Assembly (NCBI GenBank): GCA_964530615.1
Contig: CAZHAR010000010.1
Span: 17,151-81,150 of the forward strand
Origin: an uncultured Planctomycetota bacterium
Lineage (GTDB): Bacteria > Planctomycetota > JBBTDB01
Direction: 5' to 3'
DNA: 64,000 bases
Below the pieces are notes generated by a model. It worked only from the letters and a program-made list of their open reading frames with translations, was not told where the DNA came from and did not search any database. The translations under genes were made by a program, and so were the position numbers. Positions 57,053-64,000 of this stretch are shown in pieces (the first letter of the stretch is position 1; every line of letters begins with the position of its first letter).

Positions 57053-58855
57053 TTACCGATTGCTTTCTTGAAGCATTTTTTGGAAGGCCCCTAAAGAATC
57101 GGGTGCTAATTCTTTCAGGTCTAGAAAAAGGTACTCTGCGAAAAAATTATCTTTATTTTCACAGACGAGTTGAAATAGAAAGCGCTCCACTTCTTCTTTT
57201 TTCTTCTTTAACGAAGATAAGTGGGGCGCTTTTAAGAGTGCCGCATTTGTGACACCCCACATTTTTATTAGACAAACCACTTTTTCCTCTGGTAAAGAAA
57301 ATTGCTCTAGTTTCTTTTGCTCCTGATCAAGAATGTCCCATGTTTTTACAAGGAATTGGGTATCAGAAATATCCTGAGGAATGTTTATTTTGTTTTGATG
57401 AGTCTTTCGATACATCCAGATCTGACTGAACAGAAGCAAACAGAGGAGCAAGATAAAATTCGCGCCCAACAGAAGTTGTGGATTTCGCTTGATCCATTTC
57501 AGAATTTTTTCTAGCCAACCCGAAGGCTTTGCTTTAATCGGGTATCCTTGTAAAAACAAATCTAAATCTTCCGCAAAATGACCCGCGGAGCGATAACGCT
57601 TATGTCTCAATTTCTCCATCGCTTTGAGCGTAATCGTATCCAGATCGCGATGGATTTCAGGATTTATACGAGAAGGTAAACGGGCTTCTTCCTTAAAAAT
57701 TTTTTCATATAAAAGCGCGTCTGTTTCCGCTCGAAATGGGCGCATTCCTGTCAAAACTTCATATAAACACACCCCCATAGAATACACATCGCTTTTGGCG
57801 TCTAGTTTGTCAATTTCTCCACTCACCTGTTCAGGCGGCATATAAGCGGTAGTTCCCAAAATATAACCGCTTTTCGTAAGATTTTGAGATTTTTGATTCT
57901 GATCCTTAGCCAATCCAAAATCGGTGAGTTTGGGGATGCCTTCTTTGGTAATTAAAATATTGTCTGGCTTGATATCTCGATGAATAACGCCTTCGGTATG
58001 CGCATAATGTAAAGCCTCAAGACTCTGTTGAATGACGCGAACACGGTCCCGAATCGGATGTTTTTCTTTGAGCCAATCCGCAAGTGTTTTCCCCCCTTCA
58101 ATAAATTCCATTACAAAATAATGTTCTTGCCCTTTTTGCCCGGAGTCAAAAACACGAATAATATGAGGGTGTTGTAACCGCGCGGTTGCTTGAATTTCAC
58201 GGAAAAATCGCTGGAGCGAATCTTCGGAAGCGTCACTCCCTTTCAAGAGAACCTTCAATGCAAAAGTTTGATTGAGTCCCGGATGATAGGCTCGATAAAC
58301 AATGCCCATTCCCCCACGAGCAATTTCTTCCAGAATGTTATAGTTCCCATAAATACGGTCGTCTTGTTGATATTCAATATAAAATTCCGGACGTTCTTGA
58401 GCCGAACGAATACGATAGAAATTTTGATTTTCTCCGGCGTAGGTCCAATTTCCTTGCTCCAATTCCAAAAATTCGTCAATCGTGATTTTTTTCTGTTGAA
58501 GTAAACTTTGAAGAAGAGTGCGCGCGCTTACCTTGCCTCGTGGTAAGCTATTGACCAAGTTATTGAGTTCTCCAACAGAGACTTTAGTATCTAAGAGCAA
58601 TTTTAATCCTATTTTTTCGAGCGCTTCCATTTCGGAAAGAGTCTCCGAAATTTTTTCAAGATTCAATTCGCTTGAAGCGCTCTCTTTTTCTACATGAGAA
58701 AGGGCTCGATAGGTATTCCCTAAATAGCTATAGTAGTCTTCTGAGCTAATTCCCTTAGCCTGCAGTTCTTCAGTTATTTTTTTAAAATCATCGTCCATAG
58801 TTTTTTTTCGAAACTTTAAAGAACTCGAAATTCGTTTATTGAGAACCTCGTTCAT
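57053..58855 (-). CDS. Hanks-type Ser/Thr protein kinase with a C-terminal TM helix and extracytoplasmic tail
   Basis: GRGGMGIVYRA (Gly loop), ALK (Lys), HRDIKPDNIL (catalytic loop), DFG and APE motifs are present. A TM helix LLLGANFILLLCLLLF follows. Confidence 0.85.
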   Translation of the reverse strand: MNEVLNKRISSSLKFRKKTMDDDFKKITEELQAKGISSEDYYSYLGNTYRALSHVEKESASSELNLEKISETLSEMEALEKIGLKLLLDTKVSVGELNNLVNSLPRGKVSARTLLQSLLQQKKITIDEFLELEQGNWTYAGENQNFYRIRSAQERPEFYIEYQQDDRIYGNYNILEEIARGGMGIVYRAYHPGLNQTFALKVLLKGSDASEDSLQRFFREIQATARLQHPHIIRVFDSGQKGQEHYFVMEFIEGGKTLADWLKEKHPIRDRVRVIQQSLEALHYAHTEGVIHRDIKPDNILITKEGIPKLTDFGLAKDQNQKSQNLTKSGYILGTTAYMPPEQVSGEIDKLDAKSDVYSMGVCLYEVLTGMRPFRAETDALLYEKIFKEEARLPSRINPEIHRDLDTITLKAMEKLRHKRYRSAGHFAEDLDLFLQGYPIKAKPSGWLEKILKWIKRNPQLLLGANFILLLCLLLFSQIWMYRKTHQNKINIPQDISDTQFLVKTWDILDQEQKKLEQFSLPEEKVVCLIKMWGVTNAALLKAPHLSSLKKKKEEVERFLFQLVCENKDNFFAEYLFLDLKELAPDSLGAFQKMLQESNR

Positions 58856-58951
58856 TTTCTCAAGAATGGATTATAAAAGAATGACAACAGATAAACAACG
58901 TTGTGAGGCTCTTCCCTAAGAAGCTTTTTTTTTTTAAAGTAGGAAGTTGTC

Positions 58952-60331
58952 TTGTTTCAAAGGGGGAACTCCATGACAACTGAACAAACACCGCTCCATG
59001 AAGAATCTTGTGCACAAGAAACCTTAGTGAACGAAAGCACTCCCATCATAGATTCAGTCTCTAACATTCTTCAAAATGGAATGTGTGTTGGAGATCAACT
59101 ACAATATCAAATTCAAGGACGAATCGGAAAAGGGGGAATGGGAAGTGTTTTTCTCGCGCTGAATAAGCAAACGCAAGAACAAGTAGCCATTAAATTTGTT
59201 CGTTTTTCGAGTAAGGCCTCCCCAGAATTAATGACGATTTTTCGACAAAGATTTGAACGAGAAATTGAAATTCTCTCTCGAATTGACCATCCGAACATCA
59301 TCAAAATTTTGGGTTCTGGTGTACACGCTTATAAAAATGTTACCCTTCCTTATTTTTGTATGGAGTATGTTCGAGGAGAAGCATTAGATCGCTTGCGTTC
59401 AAAAGGTTCTTTGTCTATTTCGGCGATTTTAGAAATGATTATTGCCTTATCTAACGCGCTAGCACTGATCCACCAGAAAAAAATTGTGCATCGAGATATC
59501 AAACCCGCGAACATTTTTATTACTGAATCTGGAGTTCCTAAACTCATTGATTTCGGATTAGCAAAAGTTTATGAAGAAACGGAAGACGGGAGTTCTCGAC
59601 TGACATTTTCTCAAATGATTTTAGGAACCTTCGAATTTATGGCTCCAGAACAGGGAACGAATCCGAAAGAGGTTCATCCGCAAAGTGACATTTATTCGTT
59701 AGGACACGTTCTTTACTGGCTCCTCACTGGAAAACTGGCGGTCGATACCAGTCTTTTAAGGCAATGTCTAGAAGAACGAGATTTTTCTCGTTTATTCAAG
59801 GAGTTATCGTCTCAATTAACCCGGCAAAATCTACAGTTTGACCACTTTATTGATACTGAACTACGAAATATTTGTCAAAAAGCGTTACATCTTAATCTCC
59901 AAGAACGATACGCCACAGCTAAAGATTTCGGAGACGCACTTCGCTCTTATCAATCTCACTTAACACAAAAAGAGCAATGGGAGCATCATTTTCTCTTTCC
60001 GACCTCGCAATCTCGTCCTCAGGTTCCAATTTCTATTGATATGGCAGGTTGGTTCGAAGCCCAGTTGGAACACGTCGCTCTCAAAAATGAAAATCCCTCA
60101 AGCGAAGAAGCGAATTGGGCCGAATTTGTTCCTTTTGGGAACTCTTGCCTTTTGGAAGCGAAAAAAACGATTCAGGTCAACCAACAACTCTTGAATCCCG
60201 GAGACAGTATTTATTTGCAAGACGGAGACTTTATCCAAATTCACTCCAGCACTTTTATTTATAAAAAAGCGCCAGAGGATCACTATTTTATGAATAAAAA
60301 AGAAGACGACGATCCTCCAAAAAAAATATAG
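58952..60331 (+). CDS. Hanks-type Ser/Thr protein kinase (soluble, with an unassigned C-terminal ~120 aa domain)
   Basis: GKGGMGSVF, AIK, HRDIKPANIF, DFG and APE motifs are present. Confidence 0.85.
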   Translation: MFQRGNSMTTEQTPLHEESCAQETLVNESTPIIDSVSNILQNGMCVGDQLQYQIQGRIGKGGMGSVFLALNKQTQEQVAIKFVRFSSKASPELMTIFRQRFEREIEILSRIDHPNIIKILGSGVHAYKNVTLPYFCMEYVRGEALDRLRSKGSLSISAILEMIIALSNALALIHQKKIVHRDIKPANIFITESGVPKLIDFGLAKVYEETEDGSSRLTFSQMILGTFEFMAPEQGTNPKEVHPQSDIYSLGHVLYWLLTGKLAVDTSLLRQCLEERDFSRLFKELSSQLTRQNLQFDHFIDTELRNICQKALHLNLQERYATAKDFGDALRSYQSHLTQKEQWEHHFLFPTSQSRPQVPISIDMAGWFEAQLEHVALKNENPSSEEANWAEFVPFGNSCLLEAKKTIQVNQQLLNPGDSIYLQDGDFIQIHSSTFIYKKAPEDHYFMNKKEDDDPPKKI

Positions 60332-60340
60332 GAGTTTCAG

Positions 60341-63300
60341 ATGGAAGTCCATAAACTGGTTCTGGAAGCCTATCGCAGAAAGTTTCTTTCAAAGGAACAA
60401 CTGACAGAAATTCAACAATTCAAGTCAAAAAATCCGTCTCCCGAAGCACTTTCTGAAATGATTTTTCAGCGCGGATTCCTTTCAAAAGAACAATGGACAC
60501 AATTACAACCCACCCCGCGTTCAACGGCAATTCAAGTGATTGTGGATACCCAAAATACACCTCAAATGCTTGCACCTAAAGAACTTCAAGAATGTCTGGA
60601 ACTATTTTCGGGGGGAACCAACCCCCATTCTTCCCTTTTAAACACACTCTTCGCCAATCGCTATCAAATCAAATCGCTGTTAGGAGAAGGAGGAATGGGG
60701 ACGGTCTATGGAGTAGACGATCAAAAATTACAGCGTGAGGTTGCTTTAAAACTCATTAAATTCGGACATCAAACCCCAGAAGCTCAAAAACGCTTCTTCA
60801 AGGAAGCTCGCGCCATTGCGAAGATGGAACATCCGAACATTATTCGAATTTATGAAGTCGATGAAGATCCGCAACCTTATTTCACGATGGAATATGTTCG
60901 AGGAGAAACTCTTTCTAGCGCACTCCAGAAAAAAGGGGCTCCCTTTTCCTCAAAAGAATCCGCTCAACTCACAAAAAAATTGGCGCAAGCACTCGCTTAT
61001 ATCCACCAGAAAAATATATTTCATCTCGATATTAAGCCCTCCAATGTGTTACTCACAGAGTCCAGAGAACCCAAACTCATGGATTTTGGATTGGCTCAAG
61101 AAACCGAACATAAACTCTCAAAGATTAGCCGAATCGCGGGAACTCCGTCTTATATTTCTCCAGAGCAAGTCTTGGGAGTCGCCTCTCAAATTAACGCACG
61201 AACGGATATTTATCTATTGGGAGGAACGCTCTACGAAATGTTGACAGGAAAGCCTCCCTTTAGTGGGACGAGCGCGAATCATATTTATTATCAAGTGCTT
61301 TCTTCGGAACCCATACGTCCGAGGCAACGCTCTCCGCAGATTCATCCTGATTTGGAGGCCATTTGTTTAAAAGCGCTCGAAAAAGAACAACTTCAGCGTT
61401 ATGCTTCCGCGAACGAATTGGCTCAAGATCTGGACCATTTTTTAGAGCATCGTCCTGTAATAGCAGTACTTCCGAACCGCTGGATTTATCTAAAAAAATG
61501 GATCGGGCGCAACAAATCGATATCGATGCTGATCCTCTGTTTTCTAGTACTCTCGTTTTCCTTAGGGGGCTATTTTCAATGGCGACACTATCAAACTCTG
61601 CAGAAGCAATATTATTCGGCGCTACAGAGAGCCACTGAAGCGCTGGAAAAAACGCAATCGTTTCAAGAGACTACGGATTTAACGCAACAGCTTCAATCTC
61701 TATTTCGAGCCTTAAACGCAGTAAATGAAGCCTTACAAATTAAGCCATTTTATCGATCCGCCGAAGAGAAGAAATGGCAAATCGCGGAACAATTCTTAGC
61801 GATCTGTCTGAAAACTCAAAATTATGATACTGCGGAATATATTGCCAACGAAATACAATCCTTACAATTTTTATCCGATCTTACAAAATCCGAACTCCAG
61901 AAAAATGTGGATCTCGCAAAAACGCAACAATTACGTGAACATCAACAATCTCTAGAGATCTGGGTGGATCGTCTTCAAGAGAAATCAGGAAACACGCTCA
62001 TTCGAGCCGGGGATCGGGAAGAATTTATTTTTGAAGTTTCCCAGATGAAGGAAAAAGAAATTTTACAACGGTTATTATCACTTCTAGAAGAAGGAAAAAT
62101 TTATTTTTTACAATCGAAGCGAACGGTGTTACAAGATTATTTTTTTCTCGATTTGGTTCAAGTCTTGGGACGATTAGGAAATACTCAAGCGTCTGAGCCT
62201 CTGCGTAAGGTTCTGGATATTTCATATCAAACACTTTTAAAGGACTCCTCAAAAAATAAGGATATCAATTATATCCAATGGATGTCTTCTTTAACAAAAG
62301 CGCTCTGTCAATTGAAAGACGTGGATTCTGCGGTTCTCATTCAAACGATTCGTCATAACCCTGAAATGAATACCCTGTTTAATTCCAATCTCCATCTCCA
62401 TCTCTATTCCTACCACAAAATTTTGAGTGCTTTAATTCATCGACCCGCTCAATCCGTAAAAGAGCGTCATACACGAGGAGTTGCTCGGCTAGATTATGGA
62501 GATTTAGAGGGTGCGATTGCCGATTTTTCTCAAGAGATCCAAGAGATCCAAGAATATTCAAATCGTGCGGATGCTTATTGTAATCGTGGTTTAGCGTGGA
62601 TGAGAAAATCAGAGTGGGCGCAAGCGAACAACGATTTTACGGAGGCTATTCGACTCCAGCCAAAATTCTTTGGGGCGTATAACAATCGAGGACTCGTACG
62701 CTTGGAAACTGAGGATTTTCAAGGAGCGATTGCCGATTTTTCGGAAGTGATCGTGCTGGACGCTCACTTTAGTCCGGGATTCAATAACCGAGGATTAGCC
62801 AAATTTAAAAGTCAGGATTTTCAAGGAGCGATTGCCGATTATACGCAAGCGATTCTCTTCAATGATCATTATTTGGAAGCGTATCTCCAGCGAGGAATTT
62901 CCCGTTTTATTTTAAAACAATATAAGGAAGCGATCGAGGACTATACGACAGCCCTCAATCTTAGCCCCAATAATGCGAATGTTTACTATAATCGGGGAAA
63001 TGTAAAAGATGAGTTTCAAGATTGGGAAGGCGCGATTCAAGACTATACGATAGCTATTCATTTAGATTCAAATCAGGTCAAGGCCTATTTAAATCTGGCC
63101 ATATTAAAAGAAAAACGAAACGATTGGCTCGGAGCGATTCGGGACTATACGGAAGCGATCCGTATCAAACCACAGGCCCTGTTTTACTATAACCGTGCTT
63201 GTTGTCAATTCGCGCTGGGAAACCTCGACGAGGCTCTGAACGATACTACGGAAGCGATTTATTTGAATCCTCAGTATGGGGAAGCCTATTTAAATCGTGG

Positions 63301-63568
63301 ATTGTTGCGTCGCGACAAGGGCGATTTTGCTGGAATGATTGCGGATTGGGAGTACGGATTATCGCTTCAATCCAATCCGGAAGTAGCGAACGAGTTGGTC
63401 ACTTTGCTGTTGCGTCAAGCGAAAGTCCAGATTCTGAAAAAAGAGTACGAATCTGCAAGGGACAGCCTGATTCGCGCCCAAAAATATCTGTCGCCAGACG
63501 ATCCAAGGCGACCTTCACTGGAACAGAAATGTCAAGAATTAACGCAACAGTTATTAAAGAAGGACTAG
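60341..63568 (+). CDS. Ser/Thr protein kinase with a TM helix and a large C-terminal TPR-repeat domain (at least 10 TPRs)
   Basis: The kinase motifs are GEGGMGTVY, ALK, HLDIKPSNVL, DFG and PE. A TM helix ISMLILCFLVLSFSLGGYF follows. The C-terminal repeats (...AYCNRGLAWMRKSEW..., ...AYNNRGLVRLETEDFQGAIADFSE..., and so on) fit the TPR consensus. A 9-nt gap separates it from the upstream kinase gene. Confidence 0.85.
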   Translation: MEVHKLVLEAYRRKFLSKEQLTEIQQFKSKNPSPEALSEMIFQRGFLSKEQWTQLQPTPRSTAIQVIVDTQNTPQMLAPKELQECLELFSGGTNPHSSLLNTLFANRYQIKSLLGEGGMGTVYGVDDQKLQREVALKLIKFGHQTPEAQKRFFKEARAIAKMEHPNIIRIYEVDEDPQPYFTMEYVRGETLSSALQKKGAPFSSKESAQLTKKLAQALAYIHQKNIFHLDIKPSNVLLTESREPKLMDFGLAQETEHKLSKISRIAGTPSYISPEQVLGVASQINARTDIYLLGGTLYEMLTGKPPFSGTSANHIYYQVLSSEPIRPRQRSPQIHPDLEAICLKALEKEQLQRYASANELAQDLDHFLEHRPVIAVLPNRWIYLKKWIGRNKSISMLILCFLVLSFSLGGYFQWRHYQTLQKQYYSALQRATEALEKTQSFQETTDLTQQLQSLFRALNAVNEALQIKPFYRSAEEKKWQIAEQFLAICLKTQNYDTAEYIANEIQSLQFLSDLTKSELQKNVDLAKTQQLREHQQSLEIWVDRLQEKSGNTLIRAGDREEFIFEVSQMKEKEILQRLLSLLEEGKIYFLQSKRTVLQDYFFLDLVQVLGRLGNTQASEPLRKVLDISYQTLLKDSSKNKDINYIQWMSSLTKALCQLKDVDSAVLIQTIRHNPEMNTLFNSNLHLHLYSYHKILSALIHRPAQSVKERHTRGVARLDYGDLEGAIADFSQEIQEIQEYSNRADAYCNRGLAWMRKSEWAQANNDFTEAIRLQPKFFGAYNNRGLVRLETEDFQGAIADFSEVIVLDAHFSPGFNNRGLAKFKSQDFQGAIADYTQAILFNDHYLEAYLQRGISRFILKQYKEAIEDYTTALNLSPNNANVYYNRGNVKDEFQDWEGAIQDYTIAIHLDSNQVKAYLNLAILKEKRNDWLGAIRDYTEAIRIKPQALFYYNRACCQFALGNLDEALNDTTEAIYLNPQYGEAYLNRGLLRRDKGDFAGMIADWEYGLSLQSNPEVANELVTLLLRQAKVQILKKEYESARDSLIRAQKYLSPDDPRRPSLEQKCQELTQQLLKKD

Positions 63569-63660
63569 AAAGCCTCTCCATCTTGAAGCAAATGCTTCTT
63601 TTGTTTATGATAATGGGTATCTTATACCATTTCCAATTCCATATCCTCATAAAATGTTGT

Positions 63661-63709
63661 GGTAGGGGCACGGCGCGCCGTGCCCCTACGAGAGGAAATG
63701 CTTTATTTT
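63661..63709. repeat. GC-rich palindromic dispersed repeat, copy 2
   Basis: GTAGGGGCACGGCGCGCCGTGCCCCTACGAGAGGAAATGCTTTATTTT contains a 28-nt perfect palindrome. Allowing one indel and two substitutions, it is about 90% identical to 29391-29438. Confidence 0.65.
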
Positions 63710-63769
63710 AAACAGGAATTGGTATTATTTGAGGTTTTGAGACATTATGCTTTTTCTGTGAGTCAAAAA

Positions 63770-64000
63770 ATGATGAATCCGATTGAGCGAAAAAAAATAG
63801 AAAAAATTCAAGATGAAATATCCACTGAAATACAAAAAACAAATGCAGAGGCTCAGCCTTCGGAATTTTCCAAAAGAACAGTGAAAGATTTTACAGATGT
63901 TTTCGAGAAAGAAGGGATACGAACCGAGGCCGTTCCTAGTAACATGAGTATCAATCCCACTGAAAAAATGTCACCCCCTCAAGAGGCTTCGACCCGAACT
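63770..64000 (+). CDS. Partial ORF cut by the window end (hypothetical)
   Basis: Open frame MMNPIERKKIEKIQDEISTEIQKTNAEAQPSEFSKRTVKDFTDVFEKEG... runs to the end of the window. It is not in the ORF track because it is incomplete. Confidence 0.35.
   Translation, partial: MMNPIERKKIEKIQDEISTEIQKTNAEAQPSEFSKRTVKDFTDVFEKEGIRTEAVPSNMSINPTEKMSPPQEASTRT

Noticed and set aside
58856-58951. Shared regulatory element in the divergent kinase promoter region (T11 run)
   Set aside because: The region is only 96 nt and AT-rich, and I could identify no convincing palindromic operator. It is mentioned only as a divergent promoter region.
1-64000. Mobile elements, prophage, CRISPR arrays and rRNA genes
   Set aside because: No transposase, integrase or recombinase-like ORFs were seen. 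There are no inverted-repeat-flanked insertions, no spaced direct-repeat arrays, and no rRNA-like conserved stretches. Composition is uniform across the window.

Overview
This 64 kb window looks like an ordinary chromosomal segment of a low-GC (roughly 40%) Gram-negative-type bacterium, about 90% coding and carrying roughly 57 genes. I found no rRNA genes, no intact tRNA genes, no CRISPR array and no transposase or integrase genes. A ClpC homolog (only its N-terminal ~680 codons) is cut by the window start, and a partial ORF is cut by the window end.

Recognisable genes include:
- GDP-fucose synthesis genes gmd and fcl, an acyl-CoA-binding protein, a HIT-family hydrolase and a UspA-like protein.
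- An ABC-2 type exporter (one ATPase plus two permeases).
- Malic enzyme, aldehyde dehydrogenase, MtnA (methylthioribose-1-phosphate isomerase), transketolase and a periplasmic cyclophilin.
- An ECF sigma/anti-sigma pair and a PAS hybrid histidine kinase.
- Three adjacent Hanks-type Ser/Thr kinases, one with a large TPR domain.
- A fatty-acid-desaturase-family protein and a ferrochelatase fused to an MFS transporter.
- Several lipoproteins and other secreted proteins: an HtrA-like protease, an FG-GAP beta-propeller protein, and a lipoprotein with repeated beta-rich modules that I tentatively read as DUF11-type.

The observations most worth a second look are:
1. A minus-strand run of six co-directional genes spanning 38985-45865: a YbdK-type GCS2 carboxylate-amine ligase, a RimK-type ATP-grasp ligase with a ~200 aa N-terminal domain, a beta-CASP MBL ribonuclease-like hydrolase, a cytoplasmic trypsin-like protease and two hypothetical proteins. 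It looks like a peptide-ligase or peptide-modification module; I cannot name its function.
2. A membrane-anchored glutaredoxin-fold gene (about 45929-46468) with an in-frame TGA exactly where the first Cys of the CxxC motif should be (UxxC). This is either a selenoprotein or a Cys-to-stop pseudogene.
3. A dispersed GC-rich palindromic repeat of about 45 nt found twice (29391-29438 and 63661-63709), with a related palindrome at 36619-36641.
4. A 620 nt non-coding region containing a perfect tRNA T-arm motif and a hairpin followed by a T-run, which may be a small RNA or a tRNA-fragment scar.
5. A SUV3-like RNA helicase with a Cys-rich N-terminal extension.
6. Tandem repeats inside a lipoprotein gene.

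All functional assignments come from reading motifs in the translated ORFs and from memory of protein families. No database search was possible. My base coordinates appear to be 1 nt off relative to the ORF track in at least two spans (about 46127-46468 and again near 46611), and I could not pin down the breakpoints; fine coordinates and the 46074-46090 homopolymer count should be treated with caution.
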